Shown in pieces: positions 18,418 through 27,545 of a stretch of 64,000 nt of DNA. Made by a program: the position numbers and the translations under genes. This stretch comes from a virus (lineage: Duplodnaviria > Caudoviricetes), in the IMG/VR virus record IMGVR_UViG_2844540631_000002, positions 14,262 to 78,261 of that record. The stretch is one strand, 5' to 3'. A model generated the notes under the pieces. It saw only the letters and a list, made by a program, of their open reading frames with translations. It was not told the DNA's origin and made no database searches. The stretch's first letter is position 1. Each line of letters opens with the position of its first letter.

Positions 18418-18728
18418 GCCGACAGGACGCGTCCGGGGTGTCTCTCCGGGCGCACCTGGAGCAGGTGGCCAAGTCCACCGGCGAGGTGCCGGCCGAGCTG
18501 GTGGGAGAGGACGAGCTACCTGAAGCACTCGCCCACGTTTGGGAGTGGTTCTGCGAGTTGAGCAACGCGAGGGCGCCCGGGGCCTTCTCCCTGGCGCCCA
18601 TCAGCTACCAGGACATTGAGGCATGGGCGCGCCTCACCGGGGCACAGCCCACGCCTGCCGAGGTGGGCCTCCTCCGGCAACTCGACGATGCGTTCCGCGT
18701 GGAGATGACACCGAAGTCGAAGAAGTGA
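18360..18728 (+). CDS. -1 frameshift extension of the chaperone (GT-like)
   Basis: Slippery T-TTT-TTC at 18360-66; -1 frame reads ...HVWEWFCELSNAR...ISYQDIEAW. Confidence 0.8.
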   Translation, partial: FFRLVAEQLLGFAQHQFRLSRQDASGVSLRAHLEQVAKSTGEVPAELVGEDELPEALAHVWEWFCELSNARAPGAFSLAPISYQDIEAWARLTGAQPTPAEVGLLRQLDDAFRVEMTPKSKK

Positions 18729-18742
18729 GGGAGGCGGACTTG

Positions 18743-19183
18743 CTACTGCTGCTTCGGGACGACGGGACGGGCAGCGGACTCCTTCGTTTTCATTTCGGCC
18801 TTCCATTTTGCCGAAGCGGCCTCGATGCCCTGAAGCTCGGACACCGGCTTGATGATCTCCGTGCCGGTATCCTTGTCGCGGAACCCGAAATGGGTCCACC
18901 CATCCTTCTCCATCGCTTCCTTTGCACCGTCGTAGTTGGAGATTGCCTCCAGCATTGCTGCCTTGAGCGCGGTCGGATCCTCAATGCCGAACGACTTCAC
19001 TCGAATGGCGGTGGTGTGATGTTCGCCTGCCGTGAGCCAGTAAGTCTCGCGGTCGTGGTTGAGCGCGTTGCTCTCCATGAGGTCCGCGACGCGCTTCTGC
19101 TCCAGGCGCTTCGCTTCTTCGGTGCGTCGCTCGCAACCGAGGAGTGTCACAGCCAGGGCCATCGATACGTAGAGCGTGCGCAT
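18743..19183 (-). CDS. Antisense moron lipoprotein
   Basis: Signal MRTLYVSMALAVTLLG-C with lipobox LLGC. Confidence 0.7.
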   Translation of the reverse strand: MRTLYVSMALAVTLLGCERRTEEAKRLEQKRVADLMESNALNHDRETYWLTAGEHHTTAIRVKSFGIEDPTALKAAMLEAISNYDGAKEAMEKDGWTHFGFRDKDTGTEIIKPVSELQGIEAASAKWKAEMKTKESAARPVVPKQQ

Positions 19184-19288
19184 GGCGCCGTAGCCGAGCA
19201 CACCTGCTCCGCAGCGTTCCACTACTCACCAGTTCAGGTTGTCGGTACCCACCAAGTCGCCGCCTTCGTGCGGTGACGAGGAGTCACC

Positions 19289-22200
19289 ATGTCCAACGGA
19301 TCAGACCTCGCCACACTCTCCGTCCGCATCGACACGTCCGATGCGAAGGCGGGCGTCGAGTCGCTGACGAAGTTCGAGCGCGCGGCCGAGAAGACGGAGA
19401 CGGCCACCAAGAAGACAGAGACCGCCACCGAGCTCTACGCGAAGAGCTTGGAGCGCATGGTGAAGGAGGTGAACGAGACGAACCAGGCTCTTGCCCGCAT
19501 GCGCACCGTCAGCAAGGACCTGGAGATGATGGGAGAGGCCGCCACGGCCCTCCAGGGTGCGTTCAAGGACACCTCGGGGCTGGAGCGCTTCCACACGCGC
19601 TTGGGCGCGTTGGACACCGCCACGGGCCGCCTTCAGGCGTCGTTCGCCGACACCTCAGCTGTGACTCGCTTCATGGGCGAGCTGTCGAAGGCCACCATGA
19701 ACCTCTCGAAGATGCAGACGGAGCACACCCGTGCTGCCGGTGCCGTCCAAGAGATGAAGCGTGCCGTCGAGGACACCGAGAAGCCGGTGAACCGCCTCTC
19801 GCAGGGGCTCGGTGGATTGCTGACGAAGGTCGCGGGGTTCGCGGCACTGAGTGCTGCGCTCCGCAGTGCGACGTCGGAGGCGCTCGCCTTCAACACCTCC
19901 ATGGCCCAGATTAGCACCCTGCTCGAAGGTGACCAGCTTCAGATGATGGACACCCTCTCCAAGCAGGCGAAGGCCCTCGGTGCGGAGTTCGGCCGCGTGC
20001 CCACGGAGCAGGCGAAGGCCCTCTATGAAATTCTGAGTGCCGGCGCGAGCGACGCGGCGCAGGCGACGGAGCTGCTTCGCGTGGCCAACAAGCTGGCCAT
20101 CGGCGGTGTCACTGAGGTGGGAGTGGCGGCGGACGGCCTCACGAGCGTCATGGCGAGCTACGGGGCCCAGATTCGTGACGCCACCGTGGCGGCCGACGCG
20201 ATGTTCGTCTCGGCGGCGGACGGAAAGACGTCCATTGAGCAGATTGCGAGGCACATCGGCAAGCTGGCGCCTATCGCCTCGCAGACGGGCGTGTCGCTCC
20301 AGGAACTGCTCGCAGCGAACGCGGCACTCACCAAGGCCGGCATCAAGACGGAGACGGCCATGGAAGGGTTGCGCTCCATCCTCGCCCAGGTGGCCAAGCC
20401 ATCAAACGAAGCTCGCGACTTGGCGCGGGCGCTCGGCATCGAGTTCACCACGGCGGGACTCAAGGCGAAGGGCTTCGCTGGCTTCCTGGCCGACATCAAG
20501 GCGCGAACGGGGGGCAGCGTCGACCAACTCGCCATGCTCGTGGGAGGCGTCGAGGCGCTGCTGCCCGCGATGACGCTGTCGGGTACCGGTGCTGCGGACT
20601 TCGCCAACTCACTGCGGAACATGGAGACGGCCGCCGGGAGGACGGAGACGGCCTTCTTGCGGATGGCGGATACGCCGCAGATGAAGCTGGACCAGCTCCG
20701 CGCCAAGTTCGTCGCGCTCCAGTCGGAGGTGGGGGACGGCATCCTCGCGGAGTTGGACCCCGTCATGGACAGCCTGCTCCAGAACTTCGACGATGCGGCT
20801 ACCGCCGTAGGCTACCTGGCTCAGGGCATGGCCATCCTGACGGCCATGAAGGCCGCCTCGTGGGCCCAAGAGTGGACGAAGGGACTGCTGGATAAGGCCG
20901 CTGCGGTGAACAGGAACAAGGAGGCCGTGGCGAAGGCCGCGCTTGCGGAGGCGGGCTACGTCCGGGCGTGGGGGGCCACGCGCGAGGGGGCGCTTCGGGC
21001 CGCCCTGGCGACGCTGGAGCAGCGCCAGGCCACGCTCCAGTCCGCTGCCGCCCTCGAGGGCCCCTTCACCGTCGCCCACACGCGCGCTGCCATGGCCTCC
21101 AACGCGCTCGCCCAGGCCAAGGTGCGAGAGGCCATCGCTGTGGCGGAGGCGTCAGTTGCAGCGCGGGCCGGTGCTGCTGCCTTGAGTGCGCTTGGTGGGC
21201 CCATCGGCGTCGTGACCATGGCGCTCGGCATTGCCGTCTCTGCCTTCTTTGAGTTCGGACGAGCTGCAGATGAGGCGCGAGAGAAGGCTCGCCACTTCGC
21301 GCAGGAGTCGGGAGCCTCCGCGAACAAGGGAAGCCAGATCGTCATCGACTTGGTGGAGCAGACGAAGGCGCTCCAGGACCAGACACGAGCGATGGATGCG
21401 TTCACCATCGCCAAGGGGAGGATGGCCGCTCTTGGAGGGAAGTATCAGGACCGGTTGACCGAGGAGGTAGACACCATCCAGGAACTGGCGGCGGCCTATG
21501 AGGCGGTCGCGCGCATTGAGCTTGCGGATGCCGAGAAGGAGATTTCCCGGCTGACCGAGGCTGTGAAGAAGAAGCAGAACGACATCATGACAGTCAATTG
21601 GACTTTCGGCTTCGCGGACAAGAAGAACTTCGCAGAGGCACGGCTTGATTCGAGGTTCAAGGACCAGATTGAAGAGCGCCTCGTGCCGCTGGAGAAGGAC
21701 CTCGCGGCGCAGCAGCAGCGGGCCGCCGAAATCAAAGAGTCCCTGGCGAAGATGAGCGAGGCCGTGGCGAACGCCTCCAAGAAAGAAGCCGTGGCTGCCA
21801 TGGCTCTCACCCAGGAACACAAGGTCGCCGCGGAGGCCGCGCAGAAGTCCGGCAAGGAGATTCTGGACGAGCTCAAGGCCCGGGAGCAGGCCGCGGAGCG
21901 TGCCGAGGAGTGGGTGCTGCGCCTGGAGGAGGAAGCCCGCGGCGCCGGGCACTCACGCGAGGCGGCCATGCGCCTCACCGACCAGTACCTGAAGCTGACG
22001 GAGGCACAGAAGAAGCGTGCCGACGAGGCACTCAGCACCATCGAGACGTCGAAGGCGGCGGCGAAGGCAGACGAGGAGCGCAAGCGCATCATCGAGGAAC
22101 TGAACCGCGAGTTGGGCGACTCAGGCGCGGCGAAGTACGCCCAGGCCCAAGGCGTCCTCGCGGAGTCGTTCGCGAGGGGCCAGCTTTCCTTGAAGTCCTA

Positions 22201-22978
22201 CGTGGACCAGCTCGCGAAGGCCCGCACCCTCTGGACGAAGGAGGGCAAGGAGGAAGCCCAGCTGGTGAAGGACATGGAGCTGCTCCAGAAGCAGCTCAAC
22301 CCGCTGGAGGAGGTGCGGAAGCGCGTCGAGATGTTGAACAAGCTGTTGCAGGACGAGCGGGTCTCCCTGGAGGCGTACCAGAAGGAGATGGTGCGGCTGC
22401 ACAGTCAGATGAGCGACGGCTTCGCCATTGCCCAGGACGCGGTGTCGTTCGCCGCCCAGCATATGGAAGACGCCATCACCACCTTCGCCACCTCCACGCA
22501 GTTCACCTGGCGCGGCATGGTGGATGGCATGCTCAAGGACTTGTCGCGGCTCCTGGCCCACAAGGCATTCGTGGCCCTCGTGGACATCGGCACCACGGCC
22601 CTCTTGGGCGGGGTGACGGGAGCGAGTCTCACGGGGGGCGGGGGAAGTACTGGGCTGCCCGATTTCGACGTTGCCGCCCCCTCGCTAATGAAGGCATCCG
22701 CCCCTCTGCCGGGTGGTGCCGCGAAGCTGATGGTGCCGCCGGTGCCGAGCGCGCCCGCGGCGGGCAGCGACGCGCTCCCGGCCGGAGCCGTGCCGCCCAT
22801 CAACGTGAGCGTGCATGTGCACCAGGACGGCTCGGTGTCCACGGACGTCCAGGCGCCTGGCGCGAGGGAGGACTCGCGACGCCTGGGCCAGCACCTGGGC
22901 GGGGCTGTCCGCAAGGTGATGCTGGAGGAGATGCGGCCCGGAGGCTTCGTCTACGAATTCGTCAACCGGAGGAGATAG
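19289..22978 (+). CDS. Tape measure protein (TP901-like core)
   Basis: 1229 aa Ala-rich helical; AKALYEILSAG; N-terminal LATLSVRIDTS. Confidence 0.95.
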   Translation: MSNGSDLATLSVRIDTSDAKAGVESLTKFERAAEKTETATKKTETATELYAKSLERMVKEVNETNQALARMRTVSKDLEMMGEAATALQGAFKDTSGLERFHTRLGALDTATGRLQASFADTSAVTRFMGELSKATMNLSKMQTEHTRAAGAVQEMKRAVEDTEKPVNRLSQGLGGLLTKVAGFAALSAALRSATSEALAFNTSMAQISTLLEGDQLQMMDTLSKQAKALGAEFGRVPTEQAKALYEILSAGASDAAQATELLRVANKLAIGGVTEVGVAADGLTSVMASYGAQIRDATVAADAMFVSAADGKTSIEQIARHIGKLAPIASQTGVSLQELLAANAALTKAGIKTETAMEGLRSILAQVAKPSNEARDLARALGIEFTTAGLKAKGFAGFLADIKARTGGSVDQLAMLVGGVEALLPAMTLSGTGAADFANSLRNMETAAGRTETAFLRMADTPQMKLDQLRAKFVALQSEVGDGILAELDPVMDSLLQNFDDAATAVGYLAQGMAILTAMKAASWAQEWTKGLLDKAAAVNRNKEAVAKAALAEAGYVRAWGATREGALRAALATLEQRQATLQSAAALEGPFTVAHTRAAMASNALAQAKVREAIAVAEASVAARAGAAALSALGGPIGVVTMALGIAVSAFFEFGRAADEAREKARHFAQESGASANKGSQIVIDLVEQTKALQDQTRAMDAFTIAKGRMAALGGKYQDRLTEEVDTIQELAAAYEAVARIELADAEKEISRLTEAVKKKQNDIMTVNWTFGFADKKNFAEARLDSRFKDQIEERLVPLEKDLAAQQQRAAEIKESLAKMSEAVANASKKEAVAAMALTQEHKVAAEAAQKSGKEILDELKAREQAAERAEEWVLRLEEEARGAGHSREAAMRLTDQYLKLTEAQKKRADEALSTIETSKAAAKADEERKRIIEELNRELGDSGAAKYAQAQGVLAESFARGQLSLKSYVDQLAKARTLWTKEGKEEAQLVKDMELLQKQLNPLEEVRKRVEMLNKLLQDERVSLEAYQKEMVRLHSQMSDGFAIAQDAVSFAAQHMEDAITTFATSTQFTWRGMVDGMLKDLSRLLAHKAFVALVDIGTTALLGGVTGASLTGGGGSTGLPDFDVAAPSLMKASAPLPGGAAKLMVPPVPSAPAAGSDALPAGAVPPINVSVHVHQDGSVSTDVQAPGAREDSRRLGQHLGGAVRKVMLEEMRPGGFVYEFVNRRR

Positions 22979-23025
22979 CTTCGCAGCCGTGCGCCGATGG
23001 GCGGAGTTGAAGTCGGGAGAAATGA

Positions 23026-23433
23026 CTAGTCGCCATTTTGGTCCTTCTTCCAAGCGTCGAAGAAAGCCCGGACATTAACGGATTGTGCCTGAATGGCCTG
23101 CATTAAGTCGAATGTCCCGCTAACCTGATGGAAAACATATTCGGCATCATTGCTGTATTGTGACAACAGTGCAACGTCAATTCTTGATGTGGTGTACCAT
23201 TCGTCAGTTTCGCCGAGATAGTCTCGATATGTAATTTCGTAAACGCCGATTCTCCAGGTTTTGAAATTTGTAGTATAGATACAGGGAGGGGGGATGAGGC
23301 TTTTCGTGCCAATTGAGTCCGGGACCTTGCCTCTCGTCCAAACGAGCTTCCCAGACAGCGTTTCGCGCGTCATGTCGGAAATGAATCGTACCGTCTCTGC
23401 TTCGGTCATTAGAGCTTTCCTCCTGCTTTCCAA
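23026..23433 (-). CDS. Low-GC hypothetical moron protein
   Basis: AT-rich codons; overlaps upstream partner by 25 nt. Confidence 0.6.
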   Translation of the reverse strand: MESRRKALMTEAETVRFISDMTRETLSGKLVWTRGKVPDSIGTKSLIPPPCIYTTNFKTWRIGVYEITYRDYLGETDEWYTTSRIDVALLSQYSNDAEYVFHQVSGTFDLMQAIQAQSVNVRAFFDAWKKDQNGD

Positions 23434-23996
23434 TCTTGCTCAAGGTTCTTCAAGTGAGTGGTTAGTTCGAGAGTTAGCACATGTAGTTCGTTGAAATATC
23501 CCTTGGATACAACCTCCTCCTTTTGTTGGATTTTCCTTAGGAGTATGTCCGCCGGTGTTTTTTGGTCGCCTGATAATTTCGCCATTGCACTCTGTGCGCT
23601 CATTTTTATTTGAGACATAACGAGGAGTGCGTCGATTTCGGCGGCTGGAAGATCCTGGGTCAGCCTGATGAGTTTGGACGCGTGTTCCTCAAGGTCCTTC
23701 CTGATTTTTGGTATTCTCTTAATCTTTAATAGGGATGTTTCGACGGAGTTTACCTTTGAGAGAGTTACGAACGTGACGACTATCGATAGAATCCCTAGTG
23801 CCAGTCCTCCTATGTCTGCGGTTTTGGCGAGAGTTGCCCAGCAGTCGTTGCTAGCGTCTGTGATTTCGGTTGCGGACGTGCGGTTTAGGTTCGAAACAGA
23901 CGTCGACGTTGCTGTGCTTGTATCTGTGGATGATGGTCGGAGTAGGACGGTTTCCTTGGTGGTTGGTGCTGTGGTGTGAGTGTGTTGTGGTGGCAT
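23409..23996 (-). CDS. Low-GC single-pass membrane protein (start uncertain)
   Basis: TM IGGLALGILSIVVTFVTL then helical domain. Confidence 0.5.
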   Translation of the reverse strand: MPPQHTHTTAPTTKETVLLRPSSTDTSTATSTSVSNLNRTSATEITDASNDCWATLAKTADIGGLALGILSIVVTFVTLSKVNSVETSLLKIKRIPKIRKDLEEHASKLIRLTQDLPAAEIDALLVMSQIKMSAQSAMAKLSGDQKTPADILLRKIQQKEEVVSKGYFNELHVLTLELTTHLKNLEQDWKAGGKL

Positions 23997-24381
23997 TGTT
24001 TGCGGGGCGTTGAGCGCGGGGGGGGAGGCATCGTTTGATGTTTGGGATATTGGGTGGGTGCAAGGGAGTTGTTGTCCTCCTGCGTGTGTCCATGTGTGGT
24101 CCGTCGGCGAGAATGGCCGTATTCGTCCCTTCGTAGTTGAAGACTTAAGCCAGTATACCGGACCACGGCCAATCCGAAGTTCGCGATTTTCGCTCTGTCG
24201 GCGTTGTGGTGGTTTGCGGGAGGGGCAGCGGATAAGGGGCTTAGGGCTTCCGATTCGAGTAGCGTTTGGTGCGTCGCGTTGGTTTGATGCATCGCTCCGC
24301 CGTGGGTTGTCAGTCTTGGTCATATATGACCCATGTCGAGCTATGGATGTTCGCTCTGTGTCGCATTGGAGGTGCGGAGGC

Positions 24382-24747
24382 CGGCACGCCTCCTGCTCTG
24401 CGACACCGCATCGAACCGGGCTCGCGTGGGGCTTCACCGGCGCGGCTTCGGCCCTCGGACGCCCAGTACCCGCCTTCCTTCGCTTCCCCGTTCCGGTGCT
24501 CGCTGCCGTGACTTTCCTGCATTGTGGTCCCACGGAGGAGGGCGACGGTCGCCTACCGCCGACCTTCTCGCGAGACGGGGGCTCCATGGGGGAAGGGGGC
24601 GGGACGCCTCCGGCGGACTCCGGTCGCACGTGTACACTGCGGAGCTCGGGCAAGTCCTGGGGGCCGGACGGCTGCGGCGGGATGTGCGGCTTCTTCCCGG
24701 CCAACTCTACATGCAACGCGGATGGGGCAAGCTACGGCTGTGCCGCT
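24382..24747 (+). pseudogene. Decayed, repeat-collapsed copy of the Cys-rich lipoprotein gene at 49343-50458
   Basis: ALGRPVPAF...FLHCGPTEE...GPDGCGGMCGFFPANSTCNA aligns to that gene; 18-nt deletion removes GGAGG and ATG. Confidence 0.8.
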
Positions 24748-24758
24748 ATGCTCAGAAG

Positions 24759-25487
24759 ATGAACTGGGAACGATACGAACAGGTAATCGTGGAAAAATTT
24801 CGACGCGATTATCCCGGTCCACACTTTCGGGTGGAGCCGTCTGGCGATCAGAAGCACAAGATCATGGGGTACAAGTCCGGAAAGCCGCGTCAGGTTGATG
24901 TTGCTGTTTTCAGGAGAGGGATGTGTGAACCATTCCTGGTGGTTGATGCAAAGTGCTGGAAATCTGCTTTGGATGTTAAGGATATTGAGTCGTTCATTGG
25001 CCTCGTGTCGGATGTGGGTGCCGAGGCCGGTGTTCTTGTTGCGAGTTCCGGTTTTTCAAAGGCGTCTCTGCGTCGGGTGGAAGAGCTTGGCATAACGCTG
25101 CAAGTCGTCGGAACGGATGAGGCGCTGGAGTGGGACTGGTTGGGAGTGGGGCGAAGAATCTATTCGAGTGATTGGGCATTTCATCGGGAGCTGGGACGCG
25201 CGCTTCGCTTGCTTGAGGACGGTGCGCACGCGGAAGTTGTTGCTGAGGTCTTGGAAAATGTTGGTTTTGATGAATGGGAGAATGCAGCCGGCTATGCAAT
25301 AGATCGCCATAGAGATGAGGCGCTCATATTCTTGGAGTGGGTGGCGACACGCCATGACGACGCTGGGTGGCGATTCAATGCTGCTCGTCGCTTGGCGGAG
25401 AAGGGCTGCCTGTCGGACGTGATCCGAAGTCGAGCTGTGGCGCTTGAGGTAGATTCTGCTGCCCGAAAAGAGCTTGAGGAGATGTAA
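24759..25487 (+). CDS. Mrr-like PD-(D/E)xK restriction endonuclease domain protein
   Basis: RQVDV...VVDAKCW...DVKDIESFIG...GVLVASSGFSKAS. Confidence 0.8.
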   Translation: MNWERYEQVIVEKFRRDYPGPHFRVEPSGDQKHKIMGYKSGKPRQVDVAVFRRGMCEPFLVVDAKCWKSALDVKDIESFIGLVSDVGAEAGVLVASSGFSKASLRRVEELGITLQVVGTDEALEWDWLGVGRRIYSSDWAFHRELGRALRLLEDGAHAEVVAEVLENVGFDEWENAAGYAIDRHRDEALIFLEWVATRHDDAGWRFNAARRLAEKGCLSDVIRSRAVALEVDSAARKELEEM

Positions 25488-25567
25488 GTCGAGGCACATT
25501 GAAAGTGCCGACGGAGTCGACATCGCTGGTGCAGGACTCAGTCCACGCGCGCAGTGACAATTCCGCC

Positions 25568-26158
25568 ATGGAGCGATTCCCCTTCAAACCAAGCTGGGGT
25601 GCCCAGCTTGAGAGCCAGCCGCGGGTGAGGAAGGCCCAGTTCGGCGACGGCTACTCCCAGCGCTCGGAGGACGGGGCCCGTGGACTCCTCCAGCGCTGGT
25701 CCCTCCAGTTCACCGCGCGCCGGAAGTCCGAGGCGGACGCGCTTGACGCCTTCCTTCGAACTCACCGGGGCGTAGCGGCCTTCGAGTTCGTGGTGCCGGA
25801 CAGCGCATGGGCCGTCACCGGCCAGGTGTTCGGCACCGGGGATGGCGCGCGGACGCAGTTCTCCTTGCTGCGCCCCCTTGCCCCGGACGCGACGGTGGGC
25901 GAGTTGGTGCCCGCCGTGGGGTGGGAGGCTGCGCCGCTCCTTTACCGCGACGGGGTGTTGCTGACGGTGGGGGCCGACTGCTCGCTGGCGCCCTCGGGGC
26001 TCGTCACGTTCGCGGTTGCGCCGTCCGCAGGCGCCCAGCTCACCTTCACTGCGGCCGGCGCCCAGGAGCTGCGCGTCGTCTGTGAGCGGTGGACGAGCAC
26101 GCTGAAGGGCTTCAACGCCTACGACGTATCCGCCGAGTTTGATGAGGTGGCGGTGTGA
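25568..26158 (+). CDS. Distal tail protein (lambda gpM-like) with inserted domain
   Basis: PRVRKAQFGDGYSQR...FL..H.G..AF and C-terminal SAEFDEV; about 85-aa insert starting GTGDGARTQF. Confidence 0.85.
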   Translation: MERFPFKPSWGAQLESQPRVRKAQFGDGYSQRSEDGARGLLQRWSLQFTARRKSEADALDAFLRTHRGVAAFEFVVPDSAWAVTGQVFGTGDGARTQFSLLRPLAPDATVGELVPAVGWEAAPLLYRDGVLLTVGADCSLAPSGLVTFAVAPSAGAQLTFTAAGAQELRVVCERWTSTLKGFNAYDVSAEFDEVAV

Positions 26159-26175
26159 GCGTAGCTGCCCACGAT

Positions 26176-27342
26176 CTATGGCCCCGAGTCGGTTTCGCTT
26201 GGTGAAGGAGGAGGAGGGCCACTGCATGGCAGTGGGACAGTGAGTTCGGCTTGCCAGCGCTCGCGCGTTGCCGCCCACCTCAGTGTAACTTGTACCCTGA
26301 TTTCGCGTGTCACCCAGTCCAGATTCAGCACAAGAACTGACTCGACTCGTTCGACGAACCCAAGCTGGGCCTCCATTGTCTCCGTTCTTTCGCGTGCGGA
26401 GTGCATGTAGTTGATGGTCCGCACGGGTATGTTTACAAGTCGGGCCATGTCGAGAAGTAGCAAGCGCCCAAGCAGGACGAGGTCATCCCGATGGGCTTCT
26501 GCCAAATCTCGCCATCTTGAACCCCAGTCAGGGTGAAACGTCGATGATTGGTATGGTTCTGACAGTATCGCCCAAATTCTCTGTTTGGCGTGGTCAAGCC
26601 CCTCGACGAGCGCAAGGTCACCATTCTCGACCACTAGATCTCCATCGAGTAGTGCGAGATCGATGCCCAATTCTCGTGGGTCCGCTCGCTCATGCCGAGG
26701 AAGAACTGGAAGCACCACAACCATCCCCGAGCCGCGTGTATCGGTTTTGTATTCCCACTCAGGTGTGCCGGTCAGCAGCCTCCCGTCCCCTTGCGACTCA
26801 ACGGTGACGAAGCGCACATCGCCGGTGCCGCCTTCTATGAAATTTCGGAGCGCGGAATCATCACCAAGGATAAATCGCTTGATGCCAAACCTCCACCTGT
26901 CAATGCTCCCGCCAAGCCAGATGGCACTTACGACGATGTTGAAGCCGAAGGCTACGAGGGTCGTGGGCTCAAGTAGGGAATCGACTCCCGGCCCGACTAA
27001 GGACTCGTGTGCATCGCGCTCAGCCAGTGCTCTCCACTGTCGAAGGGTTTCGGCTGAATAGTTTAGGTGGTCTTTGTCAATGATGTCAGCGCAGTTGCTG
27101 CAGAGCCAAATGCCATTGCCGATGTTGATCCTTTGGTCTTTCGTGAGGCTGCTGTCGTAGCGGGGGCCATTTGGGGCTGCCGCAGTGATGTGGGCTGCTT
27201 CGCCAGCAGTAACAAATCCCAGGTTGTCGCCATTCTTAGGTCCAATTGTAGGCCGGCGACATTGGGGCGCAGAGCATCGCCAAGCCACTCTTGATGCAAG
27301 AGCACGTATTGTCGTCGATGAAAATTCGTCTCGAGCCGCCAT
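26176..27342 (-). CDS. HNH nuclease fused to a putative gp25/baseplate-wedge-like domain
   Basis: CSAPQC...GEAAHITAAAPNGPRYD...NGIWLCSNCADIID; C-terminal DLALLDGDLVVENGDLALVEG...FHPDWGS. Confidence 0.7.
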   Translation of the reverse strand: MAARDEFSSTTIRALASRVAWRCSAPQCRRPTIGPKNGDNLGFVTAGEAAHITAAAPNGPRYDSSLTKDQRINIGNGIWLCSNCADIIDKDHLNYSAETLRQWRALAERDAHESLVGPGVDSLLEPTTLVAFGFNIVVSAIWLGGSIDRWRFGIKRFILGDDSALRNFIEGGTGDVRFVTVESQGDGRLLTGTPEWEYKTDTRGSGMVVVLPVLPRHERADPRELGIDLALLDGDLVVENGDLALVEGLDHAKQRIWAILSEPYQSSTFHPDWGSRWRDLAEAHRDDLVLLGRLLLLDMARLVNIPVRTINYMHSARERTETMEAQLGFVERVESVLVLNLDWVTREIRVQVTLRWAATRERWQAELTVPLPCSGPPPPSPSETDSGP

Positions 27343-27545
27343 CGTTCGCCGTCCTCCACTGAGTATGGTAGCGTACCGCATCGCTAGGCCAATGCCGTCG
27401 CTTAATGCAGGAACACCCCTTCGGACGGTGTCCTCCGCGTATGTGAAGACGGAGGCATGCTCTGCCGTCTATCTGTTCTTGTCGCGCGGTACCTCGCCTA
27501 CGTCCTGCCCATGGTCGTCCACCTCACGTGCGAAGTAGCTGGCCT

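Noticed and set aside
23409-24716. 435-aa ORF as one gene
   Set aside because: Its 5' half is the antisense of the lipoprotein pseudogene; only the 3' part looks coding
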